Assembly (NCBI GenBank): GCA_963514005.1
Contig: CAUPSL010000303.1
Location: 1 to 64,000 of the forward strand
Direction: 5' to 3'
Origin: Raja brachyura
Lineage: Eukaryota
DNA length: 64,000 nt
The notes beneath the pieces are model-generated. The model was not told the origin of the DNA. It searched no databases and worked only from the letters and a program-made list of their open reading frames with translations. The translations under genes and the position numbers were made by a program. The first letter of the stretch is position 1; every line of letters starts with the position of its first letter. Below, piece by piece: positions 39,208 through 51,600 of this stretch.

Positions 39208-41142
39208 ATGGAGGTAGGCGGGTCTGGGTTCCCCAGAAACACATCTTGCCTAAATTCACTTTATGTAGGGGGCCGGTTGCACATGTTCTACGAGAATTGG
39301 CTCACTTTTACCTCTGATCCTTATATACTCAGGAGTATTCAGAGCTACAAATTTGAATTTATTCACGAACTCCCTACCCCGGTCCAGCATTCACCCAGCT
39401 GAAAATTCATCCTCTCTCAAAAAGAGAAGGCAGCAGGGCATGCTGAGCTGCACAGGTTAATAGAAAAAGGGGTAATTGAGAAAACCATCAAAGAACCTCA
39501 GGAGTTCGTGTCTAATATATTCACCAAAAATAAAAAAGACGGCGGTTGCCGCATTTCATAGATTTGACCGAACTGAATACTTCTGTTCAGTATATTCATT
39601 TCAAAATGGACACCTTCGACACTGCTATACAGTTAATAGCCCATGGGTACTACTTGGCGTGCATTGACCTCTAAGATGCATATTATTCAGTACCCATACA
39701 CAAGGATCATAGGAAATACTTTAAATGTATCTGGATGGGACAATTATGGCAATACAAAGCCTTACCCAATGGGTTATCGTCAGCACCCAGATTGTTTACC
39801 AAGATATTAAAAACCAGCTTTAGCCTACTTAAGGAAACAGAATCATACTGCTATGGCCTATCTTGATGACATCCTCATGGTGGGGGAAAAATTGGAAATG
39901 GCTACATTGGCAGTTACAGCCACGAAACATCTTTTTCAGAAGCTGGGTTTCATTATACATCCAGATAAATCAATATTAGAACCCTCTACCACCATGAAAT
40001 ACCTGGGGTTCATTATTGACTCAGTGCAAATGTCTATCACGTTGCCAGCAAGCAAGGTGGAGGACGTCATAGAGGCTTGCAGGAGCCTCATTGGCATTAA
40101 GGACCCATCCATTCGGCAGGTGGCCAGGGTGATTGGGAAGATAGTAGCTGTATTTCCTGCAGCGCAATTTGGGCCTTTACATTACCAAAACTTACAAAGA
40201 GCCAAAATTACAGCGCTCAAAAATCATGCAGGCCATTTCGATAGGCCTATGAAAATACCGGAAAAGGCGAAAGCCGAATTATATTGGTGGATGGGTAATG
40301 CCCAAAATTGCTCTAAACCAATCACTATCATCAATCCCTCGATCATCTTACAAACGGATGCCAGTGCGAAAGGGTGGGGAGCTACTAACACTACCTCTAG
40401 TTGTGGAGGTAGATGGAGTGCACCAGAGTCAACCCAATTCAAAAACTTGGGGATTAACTATTCGGAAATGCTGGCAGCATTTCACGGCCTTAAGACATAC
40501 TGCACTAACATGCACGAAGTTCATATTAGAATACAAATTGACAACACCACGGTGGTAGCCTATATTAACCACATGGGCGGTATAAAGTCGATATCGTGTG
40601 ATGAATTGGCTAACAATATCTGGCACTGGTGTCTGCAAAGATAAATTTGGATCTCAGCTACTTACCTTCCAGGTAAGCTAAGCACAGTGGCAGACACCAG
40701 ATCACGCAAATTCAACGACAACATAGAATGGATGTTGGATCGGAATGTGTTTTCAGATATTGTAGAACGTTATGGGACACCAGATATCGACCTTTTCGCG
40801 TCCAGGTTAAATCACCAACTACCAACATTTGTTGCCTGGGAACCAGACCCGGGGGCAGTAGCGATGGATGCTTTCACGCTACATTGGGGGGATTTGTTTT
40901 GCTATGCATTTCCCCCTTTCTGCCTCATCAGTCGGGTCTTGCAGAAAATAAAGCAAGACTCCGCATCGGGTATTTTGGTGGTGCCCGACTGACCTACCCA
41001 ACCATTGTTCCCTATGGTACAGAAGATGGCCACAGAACCTTGCATCAGGGTCAAAAACAGACCAAGCCTGCTCATTCACCCTGTTACAGGAGAACATCAC
41101 CCATGTCATGACCGCATGGACCTGTTAATTTGCAGATTTTAA
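39208..41142 (+). pseudogene. DIRS pol (RT, RNase H, adenine methyltransferase-like), disrupted
   Basis: VGGRL, AYLDD (~39856-39870), QTDAS..GWG and IDNTTVVAYINHMGG (RNase H), IDLFAS..DAF..W..YAFPPF (MT); stops at 39400, ~39672, 40642, 40990 and frameshifts near 39555 and 39810. Confidence 0.9.
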
Positions 41143-42113
41143 AACGGCCTCTTCTCGGATTCGGACTCACCAACAGGACCATAGACACCATCACAGCAGC
41201 TTGCAGAGAGTCCACAAGAAAGCAGTACCTGACCTACATCAGGAAATGGGAAGGATTCTGCGTCACAGCCAACACCACATATGAAACCGCCACCATAACG
41301 GAAATGCTGGAATTCTTGGCTACCCTTCACTTCGATGAGGGTTTGAGCTACAGTGCCATAAACAGTGCCAGGAGTGCCCTATCATCCTACTTGGGCCAGG
41401 GGAGTGACCAATTGGGAATTGGATCACATCCTCTAGTATCCAAACTTATGAGGGGAATATTCAATTCCAATCCCCCCTGGCCCAGATATAGCCATACTTG
41501 GGATATCAGCACAGTCTTGACTATGGTGCGAGGATGGACACCTAACACGGGACTCCCTCTGGCAAAACTCACTTACAAAATGGTAATGATTATGGCACTT
41601 ATCACGGCACAACGGGTCCAGCCCCTGCACAAACTCAATCTCGATGCTATGACTATCACAAATGACAAAATCAGTTTTTATGTGCAGGGACTGTTGAAAC
41701 AAGACCGACCCGGAGTGTCTGGTCATACTTTGGAGTTTCTGGCTTACCCAGCAGATTCTCGTCTTTGTATCGTCACGTTAATTTCACGATACATCACAGT
41801 CACTAAAAATCTAAGGGGCACGGAGACAGCATTGCTCATTAGTCACAAGAAGCCCCATCAGAGAGTCACGGTGCAAACCATTTCTAGATGGTTAAGGGTG
41901 GTACTGGATGCGGTGGGGGTAGATACTAACATATTCAAATCTCACTCCACCAGGGCAGCATCCACCTCGGCGGCTAGAAGGAAGGAAGTACCTTTGGATC
42001 ACATCCTGGCCACAGCGAAGTGGAGTAACGAAAATACTTTTCACCGCTTTTACTATAAACCCGTGACCTCCCCTGACACTTATTCAGGGAGGATTTTAAG
42101 TGCTGCCAGATAG
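41130..42113 (+). CDS. DIRS tyrosine recombinase (open frame, no ATG at its 5' end)
   Basis: TAQRVQ (catalytic R), HSTR, KWS, RFYY catalytic signature; N-terminal SYSAINSARSALS core-binding region. Confidence 0.9.
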   Translation: MQILKRPLLGFGLTNRTIDTITAACRESTRKQYLTYIRKWEGFCVTANTTYETATITEMLEFLATLHFDEGLSYSAINSARSALSSYLGQGSDQLGIGSHPLVSKLMRGIFNSNPPWPRYSHTWDISTVLTMVRGWTPNTGLPLAKLTYKMVMIMALITAQRVQPLHKLNLDAMTITNDKISFYVQGLLKQDRPGVSGHTLEFLAYPADSRLCIVTLISRYITVTKNLRGTETALLISHKKPHQRVTVQTISRWLRVVLDAVGVDTNIFKSHSTRAASTSAARRKEVPLDHILATAKWSNENTFHRFYYKPVTSPDTYSGRILSAAR

Positions 42114-42874
42114 TTACCCTTATGGGACACTATATTGTTTTGGTATGAATAAACACCTGTTTTTGTTTTTCAGCCAGTGTCTTGTCTGAATTACGTTCAT
42201 CCTCTTATCCCAGCTTTAGCGGTGTGTGAGCATGGAGCTTCCAGGGCATGAAATCACAGAGCTTTGAAATCTTCACGTAGTCACTCACGTGACTCCGAAG
42301 TAAAATAGTAAGATTAAACGAGAACTTACCAGTTTGAAGCTAGATATTTATTTTATGAGGAGTTACGATGAGGGATTACGTGCCCTCCGCTCCCGACCCT
42401 CTATTATAAAGATCACCTGGTATGAAAGTTCTCTTTTTATCTTACTATATTAGTCATTGTGACTGTTTTCTGTGATTTCACACCACTGCTTTGAAGAATC
42501 TCGCGCATGCGTGCTGGCGGGGTCTTCACGAAATCCATCATCGTAACTCCTCATACAATAAAGATCAAACTTCAAACTGGTAAGTTCTCGTTTAATCTTA
42601 CTATTCTTTAGGTGTCAAAGCTATCAAACTGCGGCGTCATTTCAGATTTTGCTGGGGGGCAAGATAGTCTCCCTAGAGGGTCAAACAAGATTATAGCCTA
42701 TCACTACATCCCAGTGTATAGATAGTACATTCAAACATATAATACTTAATTTAATAAAGACAAAATATTGCACGATTGCACTCACTGATTGTCATGAGCT
42801 ATAATTATGAAGCAAATAAAGAGAAATACGGTTGTCATGTATTTTCACAGAGGTGCCGGCAACGCACCCTGACT

Positions 42875-43012
42875 NNNNNNNNNNNNNNNNNNNNNNNNNN
42901 NNNNNNNNNNNNNNNNNNNNNNNNNNNNNNNNNNNNNNNNNNNNNNNNNNNNNNNNNNNNNNNNNNNNNNNNNNNNNNNNNNNNNNNNNNNNNNNNNNNN
43001 NNNNNNNNNNNN
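42875..43012. other. Assembly gap (N run)
   Basis: Ns. Confidence 0.99.
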
Positions 43013-44399
43013 CACCCACCCGAGTTCCAGGCTCATCACCAGGCCCACAACCACAAACAAAGCACACATCACATGGCCAGACTCTGCTGCATCCAAGTGC
43101 TCCCCCTCCAACAGGGAACCTCAGTAGTGATGGGTCTTCCCCGTACCCCTCTTTTAATAAGGATATCCCGACCACACATTCGCTAGTTAAAATTCCACGC
43201 TGTTTATTATTTTTTTTAAACTGAGTTGCCGGATCGGTGCTCCGGTCAGCTCCGGCAGCACTACACCCCTGGGGTTAAGGTGAGGAGGAAGGTTTCGTCG
43301 GAACCTGAGAGACAACTTTTTCTATTGAGAGGTTACTGGATGAAGCCAGAGAAGGTAGAATAACAACATTGAACAGACACTTGGACAGGTACATGGATAG
43401 AACCTGTTTAGTGGAAAGTGGGCCAAATGCTGGCAGATGTGACTGACCTAAATATAGAATTTTGTTCAGCTTGGAGTATTAGGCAGAGGTACCTGCTTCC
43501 GCGTTATATGACTCTATGACTCTTTGTTAGATGAACATAAACATGGCAAATGGAGTTTAATAATGGAAAATATGTGCTCACGCACATTGGTAAGAGCAAT
43601 TAAAAGGAAGCTATTATCTAAATGGTGTGAGATTGCAAATTAGTGGAGTACAAGAGATTCAAGTGCTTAAAGTGCAAAAAAAATGCCAGCATGTAGGTGC
43701 AGCACACAATTCAGAAGGTGATTAGCATATTGGCATTCAAAGGTAGGTTACTATTGTAATTATGGTACATTATGTTGCTAAGGACAGATCAGGAGCACTG
43801 TGCACAGCTTGGTCCTTAAATTTAAGATAGGATATATTAATATTGGATATCACCCAGAAGAGATTTCTGGAATAAGCAAGTGTTGCCTAACCATGAATGG
43901 CTGAAATCACTGGTTCTGTGTCCCTTGGAGATGACAAGAAAAAGAGTGAACCGTATGAATGTATTAAAGACGCATGGTGGGGTGGTGAATTGGTGGATAA
44001 TCCGTGGATATATTCTAAAAGAACAGGGAATTGTGTGGAATAAGCACAGTGAAGGAGTTGAGGCCTCTGTCATATCAGCTATTATCAACATAAATTGCTA
44101 GATGGCTCTAATTTGTACAAATCCACAGCAGTATATTGAAAATTTCTGTCATGTTTGATGAACTTAATTTAACTCTTTCCATTTATTTTAGATCCTGTAT
44201 TTTAATCACATCCATGAAATCTTCTACTCAGCGATTGGTTGGCAGTGTAGGTTCTGGTTTGGTTGAATATTTTGATAATCTGAGGAGGAAAATTAAATAT
44301 TAGACAACTAAGAAATGGCAGGGAACATAACTCAGAAAATGCAACTTGTTTATTCGCTTTAACAGTTGATTTCATCCCACATAACATCTACCTTCCACA

Positions 44400-44915
44400 T
44401 ATAAATGGCGCCAGACACCCGGGTTTGTTCCTGAAAGGGTGATGTCTGTACGGAATTTGTACCTTATCCATGTGACTGCATAGGTTTTCTCCGGGTGCTC
44501 CAGTTTCCTCCCACATTCCAAAGATAGACGTGCAGGTTTGTATGTGAATTGACTTGTGTCCCTAGCTAATGTGGGTGATCGTTGGTTGGTGCGGACTCAG
44601 TGGGCCGAAGTGTCTGTTTCAATACTCTCATTCGAAACTAATCAAAAAACTCAATACTCCTTCAAATACTTTCGTTCACATAAGTTCTATGTTATCCAAC
44701 TTTCGTTTCCACACTAGGGTCAAATTACAGAGACCAATTAACCCATAAACCATGGCATCATTAGTATGTATGTAGAAACTGGAGTACAGTGGAAACCCAT
44801 GCGGTCATAGGGAACACATGCAGCATTCACACAGCCGACAACCGAGGTTAGGATTGAACTGATATATTTAACGCGCTGAGGCAGCAGCACTATCAGCTGC
44901 GCCACTCTGCCTCAG
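44400..44915. mobile_element. Two V-SINEs in tail-to-tail orientation (+ ~44400-44645, - ~44690-44915)
   Basis: V core GGTTTTCTCCGGGTGCTCCAGTTTCCTCCCACA on plus and a degenerate reverse complement. Confidence 0.6.
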
Positions 44916-45429
44916 GTCTCGTCATGTTCAGCACAAACGTTGTCGGACAAAGGACCTGTTCCTCTATTACAGGGGTATTCCCATGCATCATAAAATTCAG
45001 CTAACTCAGCACCATTGGGTCACTGGATGTATTCCCTGCCTGACCATCAGATCCCATTGAAATGCCTCCAGATCAGTCGGACAGACACCAGTTTGGCAGT
45101 ATCTGCCTGCAAATGATTCATGTCCCTCCATCCCCTGCATCTCCATGCACACGCGAAGGTGCACCCCAGATGCCACCATCCCTGGCAGTGCTTTCCAGGC
45201 TCACACCACATAGTGTGTAATAAAAACCTGCCCTTAAAAAAAACTGCAGCTTGTACACTGCACTGAATATAATTCAATAAGTTAAATGCCATAGTAGGCA
45301 TTTAGTTAATTGGGATAATTTTAGTCAATTGGGAGGTGTGTTTACAAATCTTGTACAATATCATAAACCAAGTAAAATGTGACAAAATCAAAATGGCCAG
45401 GCACAAAGAACAGAATAATCGTGAACATC

Positions 45430-45960
45430 AATAACATGTCAAGGTACTGAATACAACAGTTGGGAGGTTCTGCTACAATTGTACAATATGTTGGTAAGGC
45501 CACATATGGAGTTTTGGGTTAAGTTTTGGTTACCCCACTATAGGAAGGATGTCATTAACAGGGCCTGATATTCAGGGAGAGGATGGGCACGCTGGGACTT
45601 TATTCTTTGGCACGCATGAGGCTGAGGGGTGATCTTATAGATGTTTATAAAATGAAGGAGTACAGATAGATTGAATGCACATACTCTTTTAAACAGCCTT
45701 GTGCAATCAAGAACCAGAGGACTTAGGTTTAAGGTGAGAAGAAAACGAGTTACTCGGAACCAGAGGAAGTGGAAATATGGAACAACATTCCAGGGGAAGG
45801 AGTTGAGGCACGTATTAAAAAAACATTTAGAACACAGTTGGACAGGTACATAATATTGATAGGAAAGGTTCAGTGAGGTACGGGTCAAATGCAGGAAAAG
45901 CGGTGTAGTTTAAACATGGCATCTTGGTTGGTGAGGCAAAGGACCTGTTTCCATTCCGGA
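45430..45960 (+). mobile_element. Degenerate CR1 3' fragment
   Basis: GGCTGAGGGGTGATCTTATAGA; AGAACCAGAGGACTTAGGTTTAAGGTGAG. Confidence 0.7.
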
Positions 45961-47554
45961 TGATGTAATGGCTCAGTGGGTTTAAAAAGCCAATTCCTTT
46001 CTGTTTCATTGCTAAATGTTAGTTAATCACCCTCACGTATAGTGACCACAATGGGAAAGCCATGACCACGACTGGTTTACAGTGATAATAAGCTGACCAT
46101 TGCCTCAATTCAAATGTGCATGTTGTTGATGTTCAATGTCTAAATTGTTGCTGCATTCGTAGTTTTGGCGAGAGGTGCAGGTGAGAAATGGTTTGGTTCT
46201 GATCTGGGTGCTGGAACTGCTAGACATCTTGATACCATGAAAGCAGAACCTCCGTTTCAGGAAATATACATGCTGCTAGGTGTCTCAGACCAGCAATGCC
46301 AGAGAACATTGTATTTTGAATAGGAAATATGAAACAACCAAGGCTAAGTGCTCGTGAAAGCAGCACATCTGTTATTTCAATGAAAACTCTGCTCTTCATC
46401 CATCTGGTCATTTTGATCACCCAGTTTTGTTTATAATAATGTATACCATTTCAAATCAATTCTCACATTTTATGACATTTACAGCAAGCATGAAGATGCA
46501 TCAGTCAATGCCTTCTGTCTTCCAATTTACTTTATTTAATAGAAAGATAGAAACATAAAAAATAGGTGCAGGAATAGACTATTCTGCCCTTCGAACCAGC
46601 ACCTCCATTCAATAAAATCATCCAAAATCAGTTCCGGCTTTTTCACCATATCCATTGATTCCCTTCGCCCGAAGAGCTAAATATAACTCTCTCTTGAAAA
46701 CAGTGATGCAATGTGTAAACAGGCCCTTTAAGCCACCAAATCCATACTCACCAGCAATCACCTATTCATAATAGATTTCCCATCCACTCCCTACAGTGTA
46801 TATTATAGATGACTGAATTTACACTAAAATCCTAATCATCCAGCTCTCTTGGGATTTGGGAAATGGTAGATTTTTAGGACCGCTGCATGTTACTCCAAAC
46901 ATACTTTAATTTAACTCACTGGGGCACTTGTTGAACAAGTCAGTCGTCGAGGTGCATTTATACACTGCTATCAGACTTAAGCGTAGGAATACCCACTGTA
47001 ATTTGCCAGACGAGTCTCGAACCAGAATACCACCTATCCATGGTCTCCAGGGATGTTGCCTGACCTGCTGAGTTACTCAGAGTTACTGTCCTTCACAGTC
47101 TTTCCCAATCTTACAATTCAAAAATAGTCAGCATCTTTCTACATCATAAACAATCATGGAAATTTACAAACATGGCATTTGTCCCATTGAGTTTGCACCA
47201 ACCATTCATGTACACTAATTCTACATTTGTCCCACATTCGCATCAGCTCTTCCCACATTGTATCATGTACAATCTAGGGAACAACTGACGAACCAAACCA
47301 TGTTTTGGGGATGTGGGAGGAAACCAGAGCTGCTGGGGAAACCCACAGGGTCACAGGAACAACATACAAAGTCTACAGATATAACAGCCTATGTCAGTAT
47401 TTAATTCAGGTCTCTGACTCCGTCCTGCCCTGTTTCACATTGTAATCAACCTGTCATGTTGTTGCTCATTCAATCGGCTTTCCACCTTGAACCATTTTTC
47501 CCACCAATGCTCACATTCCCACATTGTTGAATCTTCCTGTAACCGGGTGCAGTG

Positions 47555-48210
47555 CGCAGCAGTAGAGTTGCAGCATTACAGCGCTTGCAGCATCGGAGAC
47601 CCAGGTTCAATCCCGACTACATATGCTATCTATACAAAGTTTGTACGTTCTCCGCGTGGCCGCGTGGGTTTTCTCCGTGGGTTTCCTCCTACACTCCAAA
47701 GACGTACAGGTATGTAGGTTAATCGGCTTGGTGTGGGTGTGTGTTGGATAATGGTAATGTGCGGGGATCGCTGTTCAGCGCAGACTCGGTGGGCCGAAGG
47801 GCCTGTCTCGTCATTGTATCTCTAAATTAAACTAAACTAAACTAGTAAATGTTAAACTGCAACCAATCTGCCTCGCAGCTGATTTGGATTATGAGTAGTG
47901 CGAGCCCCAACAGAGTAGCACAGTGTCACAACTCGTAGAGCTGCTGCCTCACAGCGACACAGACCCTGGTTAAATTTTCACCTTGAGTGACATCTATGTG
48001 GAGTTTGCATGTAACCGCATTGGATCCCTCCAGGGGCTCCGGTTTCGTCACACATCCTAACATGTGTCGGTTTATAGTTTAATTGACCACTGTAAATTAC
48101 CCCTATTGGGTTGGTGACTGGATGAGAAGGAGCAATGAGATATAATTCATGAGGACAGGTGGTTGGTGGTTGGCACGGACCCAGTGGGCCAAAGGAGTGC
48201 TTGCATCCTG
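47555..48210 (+). mobile_element. Two tandem V-SINE copies (~47555-47845, ~47915-48210)
   Basis: A/B boxes, V core and (CTAAA)n tail. Confidence 0.7.
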
Positions 48211-48552
48211 TACTTTTCAATGATATCTTTAAGATTTGGTGCGGTGAATCCATAATGTCCACCTGTTATTTTACTCTGAATTCACAATTTTCAAATATCT
48301 GATTATCAGAAACATTTAACAAGAGCACAAAGGCTAGTTGACATTGGTGACTGTCGGGCATTTCAGGTGTAGCTGCTGCCTTATTCTACTTGAGATCAAT
48401 CATTTATTCAAGCCCAATACCTTTATTAGCAACATAGAAACATAGAACATTGAAAAATAGGTGCAGGAGTAGGCCATTCAGCCCTTCGAGCCTGCACCGC
48501 CATTCAATTTGATCATGGCTGATCAACAGTGCACCACACATTTCCATCTTAC

Positions 48553-48659
48553 CTCTCCCCTTTTTCTCCACCAAACAATTACTGCCAAGACAATAGCCAG
48601 CAATAACAGCACACACACGGCAATAAGGCCTATGTGCCTGTCTTTCTTCCTATTTTCTT
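48553..48659 (-). CDS. MHC class I connecting peptide / transmembrane exon
   Basis: TTTTACAG acceptor, (E)ENRKKDRHIGLIAVCVLLLLAIVLAVIVWWRKRGE, GTAAGA donor; hydrophobic span followed by a basic stop-transfer. Confidence 0.85.
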
Positions 48660-51600
48660 CTGTAAAATAAGAATGCATAATTTTACAAATCAATTGTTAA
48701 GCTATGCAGCTAAATAGATTGGCACCGTCTGAAGACTTCTGGATGAAGAAGGGTCTCGACCCAAAATGCCACCTATTCCTTTTCTCCAGAGATGCTGCCT
48801 GATCAGCTGAGTTATTCCAGCAATTTGTGTCCATCTTCAGTGTAAACCAGCATTTGCAGTTGCTCCTTACACATGGAAAGGGGACGTTTCGTTTTGGGAC
48901 CCTTCTTCAAACTCTGTTTGAGAAATTGATTAGAAGTCTTTGAAAATGCAACAGGAACCCGTAGACAACGCATATTCGAGCAGCAGTAGTTTGCAGGTGT
49001 GCAAAGCCTTCAATTCTAAAAACAAAATGATGGAAAACCAGAATAGGTAACAACATTGGAATGAGAAACAAAAGAAATACAATATATTTTAGAGATCCAA
49101 ACGTCGTGAACAAATCAATGTTTTTGAAAGTAATACAGTTTTTGCACACACGTGCGTTTTTTAACAGCGAACAAAGTTCCTGCCGTTGCAAACAGGCACA
49201 TCAGTTCACTGGCGATGAACTAATCACCAACTCACATGAAAACCCTGTCACGTGATAGACCAAGCTCCCCTGACGAGGGTTCTAGCAATAAGTGGCCCGA
49301 CCACCAGATGTCGCCAGAAAATCTAGATTTTAATAAGATATCTGATCAATTGATGCACAGGCACACGGCTTATGACATTGGGGGTAATAATTAGCATGAA
49401 CGGAACAACAATTAAGAGCAAGCAGAGAGTTGTCTTAAAGGAGTGTTCAGGTTGGGAACTGCATCTGCAAGTTGGGAATCAACGCAAGTAAGTGAACTAC
49501 TTATTGTTGGCATAAAGAGCAGATGAAGGGACTGATGGTGCTGTAGCCTAGATTGCTGATGATACATAGATGGGTTGGAAATTAAGTCTGGAGTATGTCA
49601 ACAGTCTTCAGAGTGAAAAATCAGATTGCTTAGTTGTGCATTGTTCGAGGAATCTTCAAAAGTGAGCATTTGTGTAGGTTATTGCAGCATACATTGAATC
49701 AATCTGGTATGATCACTGTGTGTCAGGCTGTTATATTGTTCCTTGCAGAAGCTGTAACTTGCGTCACGGAACTTACTTCATTAGGTTTAGTTTTATTAAT
49801 GCCAGATGTTTCAAGACACAGTGAAAAGGTGTTGTTTGTATGCTATCCAAACAAATTAGATACGACTATTCGTCAATACAAATACAAAATAATAGATAGA
49901 GCAAAGAGGAGGATACAGAGTACAGAATATAGATCTCAGCATTGTAACGTATCCGTTCCATAGACAATGTTCAATGTGCAATGCGTTTGAGGTGAATCGG
50001 GCATTAAACTTACATTATGGGAGGACCCTTCCGAAGCCTGATAACAGATGGAAAGGGGGTGTTCCCGAGCCTGGCAGTGCATATTTTCAACTTTCTGGAC
50101 CAATTGCGTGATGGGAGCAGTAAGGAGGAATGACCAGGGTGGACCAAGGCAACCTGGTGTAGATTGAGTCAATAGTGGGAAGTCTGGCCTGTGTGACGAT
50201 CTTTACCTCTTTGTATATTCTCGCAGTCTTGGCCAGTGCAGTTCCCACATCAAGATGTGATGCAACCCAACAACATGCTTTCTCTAACGGCATCTATACA
50301 TGTTTGCTGGATTCGCCAGAGACATGATGAACATTAGTCTCCTGAGGAAGTAGAGGTGTCGGTGTGCCTCCTTGGCTATGTGGTCAGTCCATGACAGAAT
50401 ATTGGATATATTCATGCCAAGGTCATGAAGCTCTCAATCATTTGCACTTCGAACCATTGATTCGTATCGGAGCATGTACTCCCCCTGTGCCTTGCTGTTA
50501 ATCACATCATGAGGAAAGATTCATTTTTTATTTAATCATACATTTCATGAATTTCAGTTCCACCACTGAGAATCCCAAATACACCCTCTGTGTATATTAG
50601 TAATTTATTTACTTTGGATACATTTTCTGTTGACAAAGTCTTCTGCTCAAGTGGAGAGTGGGTGCTGATTACGTGATTACTTATAGCAACACCACTAAAC
50701 AAAGGACGTTTAAGCATCTTGGAATATGGGACGTAGTCACAATGATTAAAATGGAAACAACAGAAGATAATGATGATCTATGAAAGAATATTTAAAGTTC
50801 TTACCCCAGATGATGGTCTTCCCACCGGGCAGGCTGCTGTGATCGACATGACAGGAATACTGTTTCCCATCATAAGGATCACACTCAAGGACAGACTTTG
50901 GATGATATGTTCCATCGTTGCTGGATATGACCCCAGAAGATTTGGTCTCAGAGACATGTTGACCATTCTGCAACCAGCTGACATTGATAGCCGGTGGATA
51001 AAATCCAAACACAGTGCAGTACAGGACTGAATGATCATCAGGGCGGGCAGCGAGAGTGACCTCAGGGGAAACTACAAGACAGTAAGTTGGTTATTTTCAC
51101 CTTCAGTAAAATTTGCACAGTCACCCACCACAAAATATTCTTCAGTCTACTACAACAAGCAATTTACTGTCTACATCTGCCCCATTTTGCCTCTTCCGTC
51201 ACCATCAACCAATCACGTGGTTTAAAAGTGATCGAACACTCCCTGTTAAGACAGTACACAAGAAAGGTTGAAAGCACGTACCATTAAATGCAGGAACAGC
51301 TTCTTCCCCACTGTTATTGGACTACTGAATGATTCTCATGTAAGATAAGGTGTTGTCCTGATCTTCCAAACAATCTCATTGTGATCCTTGCAACTATTTT
51401 TGTTCTACACTTTCTCTGTACCTGTAATGCTATGATGTTGTAATTCTGCACTCTGAATATTTTTTCTTTGCACTGTTCTACTTGTGGATGGCTTGATTGC
51501 ACATGTGTAGTATGATCTGATTGGTTAACACGCAGACAAACTTTAGACTATCTCAGATCATGTGACAATACTAAACTAATACCAACGCCAAATCTTTTCA

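Larger units (their letters stand above)
37819..42605 (+). mobile_element. Full-length DIRS1-like tyrosine-recombinase retrotransposon
   Basis: Left ITR 37819-37877; right ITR 42501-42530 plus extension to 42605; ICR ~42270-42382 complementary to both termini; ATT at both ends; gene order gag, RT/RH/MT, YR. Confidence 0.95.
37804..43271. mobile_element. Putative hAT-like non-autonomous DNA element hosting the DIRS insertion
   Basis: Ends CAGTG.. and ..CCCTG; imperfect 8-bp flanks GGTGTAAG (37796-37803) and GGGTTAAG (43272-43279); splits a CR1 tail. Confidence 0.45.

Noticed and set aside
48260-48386. Candidate class I cytoplasmic exon (NKAAATPEMPDSH...)
   Set aside because: The acceptor lacks a polypyrimidine tract and there is no supporting homology, so it was not called.
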